Assembly: GCA_965227775.1 (NCBI GenBank)
Contig: OZ245777.1
Span: forward strand, 32,001 to 96,000
From: Phycisphaerales bacterium
Lineage (GTDB): Bacteria; Planctomycetota; Phycisphaerae; Phycisphaerales; UBA1924
Length of the DNA: 64,000 nt
Direction: 5' to 3'
In this document: positions 8,146 through 17,431 of the stretch, piece after piece
Numbering within the stretch: the first letter of the stretch is position 1
Layout of the letters: each line of letters opens with the position of its first letter
Program-made: the position numbers and the translations under genes
The notes under the pieces: generated by a model
What the model saw: only the letters and a program-made list of their open reading frames with translations
What the model was told of the DNA's origin: nothing
Database searches by the model: none

Positions 8146-10263
8146 CTAGCCCGCGGTCGCCATCGCGGCCTCGCCCGGCGGACGAACCAGACCCACCGCG
8201 TTCAGTTCGATCTTCTGGTCGACCTCGTTGTACCCGAGCACTGCGATGCCCGGCAGCCTGGGCTCCATGATCTGGAACAGCACCGCGCGCACCGTCGGAG
8301 AAGCCAGCAACACAGGCGGGTGCCCTCCGTTCACCACCGGCTCCAAGGCCTTGTCGATCTCCTGGGCCACGGCATTGCTCACGCCAGCGGGCATCGTCAG
8401 CGTCGTCGTCTCCGCCCCGCGATCGATATAGCTGCTCACCAGATCCTCCATCGCCGGGTCGACGGTCGCGCACGAGAGCACGAGCTTGCCGTCGCCCTCA
8501 TCGATCGCGTACTGGTGGCAGATCGCCCGCCGAAGACCGTTGCGCACGTACTCGGTGAGCACGTCGACGTCCTTGGTCTTGCCACCCCAGTCGGCCAGCA
8601 CCTCCAGGATGGTCTCCATGTCGCGGATCGGCACGCGCTCGCGGAGGAGGTTCTGCAGCACGTGCTGCAGGTCCGCGAGCTTCACCGTACCCGACAGCGC
8701 TTCTTCGACCAGCTTTGGCGCACGCTCCTTGACGCCCTCGATGAGGTTGCCAACCTCCTCGCGCGTCAGCAGCTCGCTCGCGTGGGCCTTCACGACCTCC
8801 GTCAGATGCGTCGTCAGCACGCTGGCAGCATCGACAACCGTGTAGTTCATCGATTCGGCCCGCATCCGCATGTCGGTGGTGATCCACCACGCGTCGAGGC
8901 CGAAGGCGGGCTCCTTGGTCGCCTCACCCTGCAGCTTGCCGGTGGCGATGCCCGGATCCATCGCGAGCAGCTGATCGGGCCTGGCCTCGCCCCGCGCGAC
9001 GTCCGCGCCGCGGATGCGCACGCGGTAGTGCGTCGGGGGCAACTGCAGGTTGTCTCGGATCCGCACCGGCGGCATGACGAACCCGCTGTCGAGCGCAAGC
9101 TGACGTCGCACCGCCGAGATGCGTTCCAGCAGATCGTTCCCGTCGCCCGTGCCGACCAGTGACACCAGTGACTGGCCCACCTCCAACTCCAGCAGATCGA
9201 CCTTCAGCAGGCTCTCGACCGCCGGCGGCGGAGGCGGCGGGGCCGGCGGCGGAGGCGGGGGCGGCCGTGTCGCGCGGCTCATCGCCAACGCGATGCCGCC
9301 GAGCCCGAGCGACGTCGCCAAGAGCGGCACCGCCGGCAGGCCCGTGAATGCGAGCACGCCCAGGAAGATCGAGGTGATCGCCAGCCCCTTCGGCTGGCTG
9401 AAGACCTGGCCGGTCAGCTCCTGCCCCAACTCGCCCTTGTCGCCCGACCGCGTAACGATGAGGGCCGCCGCGATCGCGATGATGAACGACGGGATCTGGC
9501 TCGTCAGCCCGTCACCGATCGTCAGCCGGCTGAACGTCTCGGCCGTCTGCGACGCGGGCCAGCCACGCTCGATTGTGCCCACGGCAAATCCGCCAGCGAT
9601 GTTCACGCCCGTGATGACGATGCCCGCGATGGCATCGCCGCGCACGAACTTGCTGGCACCGTCCATAGCGCCGAAGAAATCTGCCTCGCGCCGGATCTCT
9701 TCGCGTCGGTCCCGGGCCTCCTGCTCGCTGATGATCCCCGCGTTCAGGTCGGCATCGATGGCCATCTGCTTGCCGGGCATGGCATCGAGCGTGAACCTCG
9801 CCGCAACCTCGCTGATGCGCGTCGCACCCTTGGTGATGACGAGGAACTGCACGGCAACCAAGATCAGGAAGATCACGATGCCCACGAAGAGCGAGTCGCC
9901 CGCGACGAAGTTACCGAATGCTTCGATGACTTGCCCCGCAACATCCATCGCATCCTCTGGCGACGTTGCGTCCGCGGTCAGGATCAGCCTCGTTGAAGCG
10001 ATGTTGAGAACCAACCTGAACATCGTGACGCCCAGCAACAGCGAGGGGAACACGCTGAACTTCAGCGGGCGATCCATGTACAGCACCGTCAGCAGGATGA
10101 CTACGGACAGCGACACATTCGTCGAGATCATCAGGTCGAGCAGGAAGCTCGGCAACGGCACGATGAGCACCGCGAGCAGCGCCACGAATCCGATGGGCAC
10201 GATGATGCCACGCCACTTCGAGAGGGACTCGAGCCGAGCGAGGATGCCGTCGCCCACTGCCAT
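8146..10263 (-). CDS. flhA: Flagellar export gate protein FlhA
   Basis: RFTLDAMPGKQMAIDADL, FFGAMDGASKFVRGDA, LTIGDGL, LLRERVPIRD. Confidence 0.96.
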   Translation of the reverse strand: MAVGDGILARLESLSKWRGIIVPIGFVALLAVLIVPLPSFLLDLMISTNVSLSVVILLTVLYMDRPLKFSVFPSLLLGVTMFRLVLNIASTRLILTADATSPEDAMDVAGQVIEAFGNFVAGDSLFVGIVIFLILVAVQFLVITKGATRISEVAARFTLDAMPGKQMAIDADLNAGIISEQEARDRREEIRREADFFGAMDGASKFVRGDAIAGIVITGVNIAGGFAVGTIERGWPASQTAETFSRLTIGDGLTSQIPSFIIAIAAALIVTRSGDKGELGQELTGQVFSQPKGLAITSIFLGVLAFTGLPAVPLLATSLGLGGIALAMSRATRPPPPPPPAPPPPPPAVESLLKVDLLELEVGQSLVSLVGTGDGNDLLERISAVRRQLALDSGFVMPPVRIRDNLQLPPTHYRVRIRGADVARGEARPDQLLAMDPGIATGKLQGEATKEPAFGLDAWWITTDMRMRAESMNYTVVDAASVLTTHLTEVVKAHASELLTREEVGNLIEGVKERAPKLVEEALSGTVKLADLQHVLQNLLRERVPIRDMETILEVLADWGGKTKDVDVLTEYVRNGLRRAICHQYAIDEGDGKLVLSCATVDPAMEDLVSSYIDRGAETTTLTMPAGVSNAVAQEIDKALEPVVNGGHPPVLLASPTVRAVLFQIMEPRLPGIAVLGYNEVDQKIELNAVGLVRPPGEAAMATAG

Positions 10264-11366
10264 CAGCTACCCGCCCCCACGGTCTCCGGCGGCGCCGGTG
10301 CCTTGTGGCTGCCCTCCAGCCGGTACACGTACGCCAAAACCTCGGCCACGGCTTCATAGTGCTCGGGGCTGATGGACTGACCAACCTCGACGCCGCGATA
10401 CAGCGCCCGCGCGAGCGGCGGACGCTCGACCACCGGCACACCGTTCGTGCGTGCAACCTCACGAATCCGCAGCGCCACGTAATCAACACCCTTGGCCACG
10501 ACCTTCGGCGCAGCCATCTCGTTGGCGTCGTACTTGATGGCCACCGAGAAGTGCGTCGGGTTCGTGACCACAACGTCCGCGCCGGGCACGTCGCTCTGCA
10601 CGCGCTGCAGCGCGATCTCGCGCGCGACGCGGGAACGCCGCTGCTTCATCTCCGGATCACCGTCCATCGACTTCTGCTCTTCCTTCACCTCCTGCTTGGT
10701 CATCTTGTTGTCGTGGCGGTGCTGCCACTTCTGGTACTTCAGATCGATCAGCCCGATGATCAGCAGCACCGCCAGCATCCAGATCGACAGCTCGACCATG
10801 GCCCGCAGGCTCGCGATGACTCCCGAGCGGATGTCCATGAGCGGCAGCGCCCCCAGCGCCGGCACCCATCGCACGATAACGAACACGACCACCATGACCA
10901 CCAGCACCAGCTTGACCAGATCCATGATCAGCTTGACAGCCCCCTTGGGCCCGAACATGCGCTTGGCGCCACTGACTGGGTTCATCCGGCTCAACTTGGG
11001 CTTGATGGCCTCGGGGGAGAGTGCCCAGCCGACCTGCACGAGCTGGGAGAGCAGCGCGATCACGAACATCACCGCCATTGTGGGTACCAGGATGATCGCG
11101 ATCCGCACGCCGAGCCAGCGCAGCGTCCGATTGATGTCGTCGACGACGACGACCTGTCCTGGAGCGCTGCCGGCCATGATGTCTCGCATCATGGCAGCGA
11201 GCAGGCCGGTCGCCAGGATGCCCATCGCGGCCAGCAGGATCGCGGCGCCCGTCATCATCACGACGGCGCCGAAGTCCTGGCTCTTACCGACCTGTCCCTG
11301 CTCGCGCGTCTTCTTCAGCTTGTGCGCGGTTGGTTCTTCGGTCTTCTCGCCCGGGTCGTCAGCCAT
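10263..11366 (-). CDS. flhB: Flagellar export protein FlhB
   Basis: EKTEEPT N-terminus, KMTKQEVKEE, autocleavage NPTH motif. Confidence 0.95.
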   Translation of the reverse strand: MADDPGEKTEEPTAHKLKKTREQGQVGKSQDFGAVVMMTGAAILLAAMGILATGLLAAMMRDIMAGSAPGQVVVVDDINRTLRWLGVRIAIILVPTMAVMFVIALLSQLVQVGWALSPEAIKPKLSRMNPVSGAKRMFGPKGAVKLIMDLVKLVLVVMVVVFVIVRWVPALGALPLMDIRSGVIASLRAMVELSIWMLAVLLIIGLIDLKYQKWQHRHDNKMTKQEVKEEQKSMDGDPEMKQRRSRVAREIALQRVQSDVPGADVVVTNPTHFSVAIKYDANEMAAPKVVAKGVDYVALRIREVARTNGVPVVERPPLARALYRGVEVGQSISPEHYEAVAEVLAYVYRLEGSHKAPAPPETVGAGS

Positions 11367-12144
11367 CGGCCACCCCCAGCGAGCGCGCCCACTCGTGAAT
11401 GGAGCGGAAACCATCGGCGATGGCGTCGCCCGTCACGTCGCCGATGGCAAAGATCGAGACCGCCAGCACACCGAAGCCCAGCACGATCTGGATCGCAAAG
11501 CCGATGGTCATGATGTTGATCTGCGGGATCGTGCGCATGAGCACACCCATCGCCAGGCTCGCCAGCGTCGCCATCAGCAGCACGGGCATGGCGATCCGCA
11601 TACCCACCACAAAAGCGGCGTCAACCAGCGTCACGAGAAGCTGCGCCGGCGCCGCGTCCACCCACGCCGTCCCAGGGGGTAGCGTCGCAAACGTGTCCAT
11701 GACGGCAACGACCATCTGCTCGAGCCCACCGATCTGAATGAAGATGCACAGCGCCATCAGGTACAGCACCTGGCCGACAACCTCGGACTGGGCGTCAAAC
11801 TCGGGGTTGTACACCTGCGCCAGCGCGAGGCCGAGCTTGTAGCTGATCACGCTGCCGGCAATCTGTATCGCCACCAGCGGCATCGTCGCGAGCATGCCGA
11901 TCGCAAGCCCAATGAGCACCTCGCTGAACAAGACCACGGCGATCGACCCGAGCTCCAGTGGTGGCGGCTCGATTCCGCCCGAAGCCACCGCCGGGTACAG
12001 CGCCACCGTCAGCATGAGCAAGAGCAGGATGCGCACACGCCGCATCACGAGCTGGCTCGCCAGCACTGGCGCGAACAGGAACAGCCCGCTCATCCGCGCC
12101 GCCACCATCCAGAACGGCAGCAGGTGCTCCAGGATGCTCGCCAT
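11359..12144 (-). CDS. fliR: Flagellar export protein FliR
   Basis: Hydrophobic protein, ARMSGLFLFAP, RTIPQINIMTIGF; between fliQ and flhB. Confidence 0.92.
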   Translation of the reverse strand: MASILEHLLPFWMVAARMSGLFLFAPVLASQLVMRRVRILLLLMLTVALYPAVASGGIEPPPLELGSIAVVLFSEVLIGLAIGMLATMPLVAIQIAGSVISYKLGLALAQVYNPEFDAQSEVVGQVLYLMALCIFIQIGGLEQMVVAVMDTFATLPPGTAWVDAAPAQLLVTLVDAAFVVGMRIAMPVLLMATLASLAMGVLMRTIPQINIMTIGFAIQIVLGFGVLAVSIFAIGDVTGDAIADGFRSIHEWARSLGVADG

Positions 12145-12170
12145 CGCGGGATCCAACGGCTACCGCCCCC

Positions 12171-12425
12171 CTAGAACAAACGGAACATCTCGATTGTGAA
12201 CTCGACGAGCTGGATCAACATCCAGGGCAGCAGCAACAGCGACACGATCAGCATCCCGAGGATCTTGGGCACGAACGACAGTGTCTGATCCTGGATCTGC
12301 GTGAGCGACTGGAAGAGGCTGATCACCAGGCCGATGATCACGCCCACGATCAGCACGGGCCCGCCCACGCGCAGCGTGAGCAAGAGCACATCGCGAACCA
12401 GTTCCACCATCCAATCGCTGCCCAT
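12171..12425 (-). CDS. fliQ: Flagellar export protein FliQ
   Basis: GLVISLFQSLTQIQDQTLSFVPK motif. Confidence 0.93.
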   Translation of the reverse strand: MGSDWMVELVRDVLLLTLRVGGPVLIVGVIIGLVISLFQSLTQIQDQTLSFVPKILGMLIVSLLLLPWMLIQLVEFTIEMFRLF

Positions 12426-12435
12426 CGCCGCGCTC

Positions 12436-13437
12436 CTACACGCCCGGGAGCCAGTTGATAGCCCCGAGCAGCGGCGCCGCCAGCACGAGTCCCTCGCTCG
12501 CCGTCCGGGCAAACTCGTCGCTCAGCCGCTCGATCTGCCCCTCAAGCACAAAGCTCTCTAGTAGCGAGCCTGCCAACAGCTGCCACCCATCGGCCATGAC
12601 AAAAAGCAACAGCTTGAACGGCAGGCTGATGAGCACCGGTGGTAGCATCATCATGCTCATCGAGATCAGCACGCTGGCGATCACCATATCGATCACCAGG
12701 AACGGCAGGTATATCCGAAACCCCATCAGAAAGGCGACCTTCAGCTCGCTGAGCATGTAGGCCGGCACGAGCTCGGCCATACCCACGTCGGCCCGTGTCA
12801 GCTTGCTCGGATCGCTCACGTCGTAGCCGCGGTACTCCATGATGGTTAGCAGGCTCGACCAGTTGCCCGTCGCCTCGATCTGGTCGAACATGAAGTCGCG
12901 CAAAGGCCGCGCGCCCGCCTCCCACATCTGCTCGTAGTCGGTGATCTCGCCCTGCTCGTAGGGCACGATCGCCTCGTCGTAGATCCGCCCGATCGTCGGC
13001 GTCATAATGAACAGCGTCAGGAACAAGCTGAGCGCAAGGATTACTTGGCCCGGCGGCACCGTCTGCGTGCCCATCGCCTGCTTGAGCAAGCCCAGCACGA
13101 TGATGATGCGGATAAACGACGTGGTCATCAGCATGATCGACGGCACCAGCGTGATGACCGTGAGCACCAGCATGATGCTCACCGCCGTGCTGATGCCCGG
13201 GCCTTCGCCCTGCTCGTCGCCAGGCAGCGCCTCGGCCGCCGCGCCCAGCACTGCCAGTGGGTTCACGCCGCCGTCGCGCCCCTCCAAGGCACCTGCCAAG
13301 CTCCGCGCAACATCCGGTGCGGCGGGCGGCGGCACGGACATCTCGACCGGGGGCCCGACGACACCCTGAGCGAACGCGGTCGTCGCGAGCGTCGCAACCA
13401 ACGCGGCCGAGATGAACGTCAGCCACCTCACGCCCAC
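12436..13437 (-). CDS. fliP: Flagellar export protein FliP
   Basis: MTTSFIRIIIVL, QTVPPGQVI, SELKVAF, MMMLPPVLISLPFKLLLF. Confidence 0.95.
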   Translation of the reverse strand: MGVRWLTFISAALVATLATTAFAQGVVGPPVEMSVPPPAAPDVARSLAGALEGRDGGVNPLAVLGAAAEALPGDEQGEGPGISTAVSIMLVLTVITLVPSIMLMTTSFIRIIIVLGLLKQAMGTQTVPPGQVILALSLFLTLFIMTPTIGRIYDEAIVPYEQGEITDYEQMWEAGARPLRDFMFDQIEATGNWSSLLTIMEYRGYDVSDPSKLTRADVGMAELVPAYMLSELKVAFLMGFRIYLPFLVIDMVIASVLISMSMMMLPPVLISLPFKLLLFVMADGWQLLAGSLLESFVLEGQIERLSDEFARTASEGLVLAAPLLGAINWLPGV

Positions 13438-14138
13438 ACCCCGCGTCCTCGCGGCAGCGGCTCGCCCCGCGGCCCTACCTCGATGATCTCGCCGCGCTCG
13501 ATGCCATCGGGTTCGTCGTCGTTGCCCTGGAAGCGCTCGAGCGCCTGGCGGAAGCGGACCGATACGCTCTCACTCGCCTCATCGCGTGTCTGCCGCAAGA
13601 TGGCCGCGACCTCGCTAGGCTCGTCGAACTCAGCGAGTGTGGTGAAGCTCCCGCCCTTGGCCGCCATGTTCTGGCTCAACAGCAGCACGCGGCGGTCGAT
13701 CCGCAGCAGCACGAGCACCTGCCCGCGCCCGACCGGATACCGCGCGAGCACCTCGAGCACCCCACTGGGCGCTCGGCCACCGGGGCCCATCATGGCCGCG
13801 ACCGATCCCGACCGCCGCGACACGAACTTCGCGAGCGCTGCCAGGACCAAGATGAGACCGATGACCATCGCGACCGACGCGATCGACCGCATCCAGCCGC
13901 CACCAGCGGAAGATGCAGATCGCTCACCCTGGGACGACTGCTCGGCTGGCGCGACGAACAACGGAATGTCCGCTTCGCTACGGCGGGCTGGTGTCTCGCT
14001 AGCTGGCTCGGGCGTTGCGGGCTGGACGGCCTCGCTCGCCGGCGCGTCGCCCAGGGGCGGACCAACCTGTCCATGCGCACACGGGGCGCCGATCGCCAGC
14101 GCGGCCAACGCACACAATGCCACCCATCGAAACGCCAT
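13428..14138 (-). CDS. fliO: Flagellar protein FliO/FliZ
   Basis: Signal peptide, TM segment, then LEVLARYPVGRGQVLVLLRIDRRVLLL; position between fliN and fliP. Confidence 0.8.
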   Translation of the reverse strand: MAFRWVALCALAALAIGAPCAHGQVGPPLGDAPASEAVQPATPEPASETPARRSEADIPLFVAPAEQSSQGERSASSAGGGWMRSIASVAMVIGLILVLAALAKFVSRRSGSVAAMMGPGGRAPSGVLEVLARYPVGRGQVLVLLRIDRRVLLLSQNMAAKGGSFTTLAEFDEPSEVAAILRQTRDEASESVSVRFRQALERFQGNDDEPDGIERGEIIEVGPRGEPLPRGRGVWA

Positions 14139-14228
14139 GTCGCCTTCCCTGGCTCGGCACGCGCGGGCTCCGCCGCACGGTCTTTCGTCTGCCCGGCGGG
14201 GCGATCGCCCCGCCGTCCACCCGGTCCC

Positions 14229-14822
14229 CTACGAAGCCGCTTCCTCGGCCAGCTCCTCGCCGACCGTGTCGATGATCTCGTTCACGCGGATGCAGAAGTT
14301 ATCGTTCAGCACCAGTACCTCGCCCCGCGCCACCAATCGATCGTTTACATACACGTCCAGCGGATCGCCAGCCAGCTTGTCAAGCTCGACGACGGCGCCC
14401 GAATTCAGCCGCAGCACGTCCTCTACCAGCATTCGCGTGCGGCCCAGCTCGATGCGCACGTCGAGTTGCACATCGGCCAGCATGTCCAGCCCGTGCTGGG
14501 CTCCGCTCACACTCGAGAGGTCAAAGTCCGGCAGCTCCAGCTTTCCGCCCTTGCTCTGGGCGGCCTTCAGGGCCGCCTGCACCACCGCGTCGGCGACGGT
14601 TTCGCCACCGCCGTCGCCTTCCTGATCACCACCCGCGCTCGCGATCGCCGCGTCCGCATCGGCCTGGATGTTCGAGACGGTCTCCTTGGCCGCTTCGATC
14701 GCTTCGGGAGTCCCGTCATCGTCACTTGGCTCGGCCGGCGCAGCTTCCGTGGGGCCCTCTTCCTGAGCGCCCTCGGCCGTCGGCTCTTGCTCGTTGCGAT
14801 CTTCGGGCCGCTCGTCGGGCAT
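14229..14822 (-). CDS. fliN: Flagellar motor switch protein FliN with long acidic N-terminal extension
   Basis: SpoA domain LADVQLDVRIELGRT..GAVVELDKLAGDPLDVYVN..ARGEV; start uncertain (14822-14888). Confidence 0.9.
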   Translation of the reverse strand: MPDERPEDRNEQEPTAEGAQEEGPTEAAPAEPSDDDGTPEAIEAAKETVSNIQADADAAIASAGGDQEGDGGGETVADAVVQAALKAAQSKGGKLELPDFDLSSVSGAQHGLDMLADVQLDVRIELGRTRMLVEDVLRLNSGAVVELDKLAGDPLDVYVNDRLVARGEVLVLNDNFCIRVNEIIDTVGEELAEEAAS

Positions 14823-14968
14823 CCTGCTCACCTTCACCGCCTGGGGCATGTGCGGGTCACGATCGGGCCGGCGCATGCCAGCATACAAGGCCGGACTCCG
14901 CCGGCTGGTGCCAACATCGGAGCCGGGGCCCGGTCGTCCGCAGCTTTTGCCTTGTGTTACGTGCGCTC

Positions 14969-14983
14969 GCGCAATACCTGCGC
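14969..14983. promoter_or_regulatory. Palindromic site GCGCA-N5-TGCGC (candidate activator binding site)
   Basis: GCGCA-ATACC-TGCGC in the fliL/fliN gap; degenerate copy CCGCA-GCTTT-TGCCT at 14938-14952. Confidence 0.55.
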
Positions 14984-14999
14984 GTCGTGCCGCCGCCGG

Positions 15000-15530
15000 C
15001 TAGTTCCGCGTGAAGCCCCGCAACTTGGCAATCACCAGCCGCTCGACGCGCGGCAGCCCGTCGGCATCGTTGCCGAATAGGTCATTGATGAGCGCGGTGA
15101 GCTGGCGAGAGCCCGTGCGGAAGTCTGGCTCGCGAAGCTCGGTCAGCTTGGCCCGACGGAAGATCTGCGTGATGCCTTCCTGGATCTCGGCCGAGCGCTG
15201 CTCGAGCTGCTTCTGGACGTAGTCCTGGTTCTTTCGGCGGACCTTCAGGAAGATCTGCGCCTCCCAGATCCACACCTGGTTGCTGGTCATGTTCTGGTAC
15301 TGCTCGTCGGTCAGCAGCACTTCCACCAGCGCTTCGGGGTCTTCGTCTTCGCTCACGATCTCGGCCGCAGCGTCCTTCGGCCCGCCGCTCATCATCGTGA
15401 TGAACAGGAACACGCCCGCGCCCTCAACGGCCATGATCGCCGCGATCACCGCCAGGAGCTTGACCGAAGGCCCCTTCTTGCCCTCTGCCTTCTCGGCGTT
15501 GTCCGTGTCCTTGGGTGCCTCATCGGCCAT
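15000..15530 (-). CDS. fliL: Flagellar basal-body protein FliL
   Basis: Charged N-terminus, single TM, periplasmic domain; directly after motB. Confidence 0.75.
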   Translation of the reverse strand: MADEAPKDTDNAEKAEGKKGPSVKLLAVIAAIMAVEGAGVFLFITMMSGGPKDAAAEIVSEDEDPEALVEVLLTDEQYQNMTSNQVWIWEAQIFLKVRRKNQDYVQKQLEQRSAEIQEGITQIFRRAKLTELREPDFRTGSRQLTALINDLFGNDADGLPRVERLVIAKLRGFTRN

Positions 15531-15558
15531 GCCTGTCCTCCGCGCTACGTGTTATCGG

Positions 15559-16305
15559 CTACGGCCGCCCGGTCCAATTGGGATCGGGATGCGTCTCGTC
15601 CGGGTTGATCTCCGTGCGGATCACCTGCACCCGGCGATTCGACGCAGCCGCCGCGCCCGGCCCGCGGGCCGCCACCATGGGTTCGCCATCGGCCTTTGCC
15701 TCCAGCTCCATGAGCCGCGGATCGAGCCCTACCTCGCCCACCAGGTAGTCCATGACCGCCTTGGCCCTGCGATAGGAAAGATCGTAAAAATCTAACCCCG
15801 AGATCTGGTCCTCGGCGCCCCAGGCGTGCCCGCGGACCTCGATCTTCACGCGGTGCCCGCGGAGCGCGGGGCCGACCTCGTCTCGCAACTGACGCTGCAC
15901 GCGGGGTGTCAGCGCGTACGAACCCTCGTCGAAGGTCAGGCTCGCCCCCACCGTGAAGCGGAGCCCCTCGTTGATGACGTTGGTGCTCTCCTGCCGGCCA
16001 GCGATCGACTCGGTCGTCGTTTCGGCCGAAATGAACGGCTTCTCGGACGCTTCTGAGTTGTCCGTATCGAGCGTGTCGACCGTGTTGAACGGCACGTCCT
16101 CCACACGGGTCTTGCCGATGCCGCCCTGGTAGCCGAAGGCTTCCTGGATGCTCCGCACCACGTCCTGATAGTCGCGCTCCTGCTTGAGCTCGCTGAACGC
16201 GGCAAGCAGGATGAAGACGCACAAGAGCAGCGACATCAAGTCGCCGTACGTCACGACCCACTCGGGCACGCCCTGGGGTGGTGGCTTCTTGCGCTTCTTG
16301 GCCAT
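15559..16305 (-). CDS. motB: Flagellar stator B subunit (MotB/PomB, OmpA-like C-terminus)
   Basis: WVVTYGDLMSLLLC TM with the conserved Asp; IEVRGH, LSYRRA, NRRVQV. Confidence 0.92.
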   Translation of the reverse strand: MAKKRKKPPPQGVPEWVVTYGDLMSLLLCVFILLAAFSELKQERDYQDVVRSIQEAFGYQGGIGKTRVEDVPFNTVDTLDTDNSEASEKPFISAETTTESIAGRQESTNVINEGLRFTVGASLTFDEGSYALTPRVQRQLRDEVGPALRGHRVKIEVRGHAWGAEDQISGLDFYDLSYRRAKAVMDYLVGEVGLDPRLMELEAKADGEPMVAARGPGAAAASNRRVQVIRTEINPDETHPDPNWTGRP

Positions 16306-16308
16306 GGC

Positions 16309-17094
16309 TCAGGCCGCCTCGCGGGCCGCCACGAACGCGTCGCGCCGAGCCGGCGGCAGGAAGGTCAGCAGTTTGCTCTCAACCACGCGCGGGTTGTCGC
16401 CGCTCTGGATCGACATCACACCCGTCACGATGATCGTCTTGACGAGCATCTCCTCGGCGTCCTTGGCGGCAAGCTTGTCGGCAATGGGCGAGGCAAAGAG
16501 GTTCGCGATGAGCGCCCCGTACAGCGTCGTGATCAGCGCCACCGCCATGCCCGGGCCGATCTTGCTGGGGTCGTCCATGCTCTTGAGCATGAAGATCAGG
16601 CCGAGCAGCGTACCGATCATGCCAAATGCCGGTGCATACTTGGCAAGCGCGTCAAGTACGGCCTTGCCGCTCTGGTGCCGCTCGGTGAGCGCGTCGAGCT
16701 CGGTATCGAGGATCGTCTCGATCAGTTCCGGATCCGTCCCGTCCACGGCCATCTTCACGCCGCGCACGATGAACGGGTCCTTCATTTCGCTCATCAGGTT
16801 CTCGAGGCTCAGGATGCCCTCGCGACGCGCGACCTCGGCGTACTTCACGAGCTCGGCGATTGTCTCGGCTGGGTCGCCTGTCTCGTTGAAGAACGACTTC
16901 TTAACAACCCCCACCAGACCCGTGATCCGCGCAAGCGGGAAAGAGACCACCACCGCACCAGTAGCGCCGATGATCACAACGAAAACCGATGTCGGATCGA
17001 CCAGCGCCATGATGTTGCCGCCGCCGCCGATCACCACGGCGATGGCGATCGCAACCACGGCGAGGACGAGCCCAACGACGGTTCCGATATCCAT
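16309..17094 (-). CDS. motA: Flagellar stator A subunit (MotA/PomA)
   Basis: MDIGTVVG, ARREGILSLE, APAFGMIGTLLGLI, MAVALITTLYG, QSGDNPR. Confidence 0.94.
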   Translation of the reverse strand: MDIGTVVGLVLAVVAIAIAVVIGGGGNIMALVDPTSVFVVIIGATGAVVVSFPLARITGLVGVVKKSFFNETGDPAETIAELVKYAEVARREGILSLENLMSEMKDPFIVRGVKMAVDGTDPELIETILDTELDALTERHQSGKAVLDALAKYAPAFGMIGTLLGLIFMLKSMDDPSKIGPGMAVALITTLYGALIANLFASPIADKLAAKDAEEMLVKTIIVTGVMSIQSGDNPRVVESKLLTFLPPARRDAFVAAREAA

Positions 17095-17154
17095 GGACGC
17101 TCGCTCCAACGGGGCACATCGACTGGCGGCACGGGCCGCACACCTACCCCATCT

Positions 17155-17182
17155 TCATCGACGCGCCTTATCGACCGCTTGA
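17155..17182 (-). promoter_or_regulatory. Candidate sigma28 promoter upstream of motA
   Basis: Minus strand TCAAG-N15-GTCGATGA, similar to the FliA consensus TAAAG..GCCGATAA. Confidence 0.35.
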
Positions 17183-17209
17183 GACCAAAAGAGCGGACCA
17201 TGCCTGATT

Positions 17210-17407
17210 TCACGTCGGCGGCATCAAGCGACGCAATAACCGCCCGTACTCGACCGAACGCGTCACGACCTCGGCCATCGGCTCCTTGACCACGATGTGG
17301 TCGCCGCTCACCAGCGTGATGGTGGTATCGGGGTTCTCTTCGATGGTCCGGATAAGCTCCGCGTTCAGCACGAACGCCTTGCCGTTCAGCCTTGTGAGCG
17401 CGATCAT
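17210..17407 (-). CDS. flbD: Flagellar FlbD family protein
   Basis: MIALTRLNGKAFVLNAELIRTIEENPDTTITL; between flgE and motA. Confidence 0.9.
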   Translation of the reverse strand: MIALTRLNGKAFVLNAELIRTIEENPDTTITLVSGDHIVVKEPMAEVVTRSVEYGRLLRRLMPPT

Positions 17408-17431
17408 GCGGCAGACCTCCCTACGGACGCA

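Noticed and set aside
14866..14914. sigma54 promoter candidates before fliN (TGGCACCAGCCGGC, TGGCATGCGCCGGC)
   Set aside because: GG-to-GC spacing is 9 rather than the required 10; not called, although the -24 halves are good
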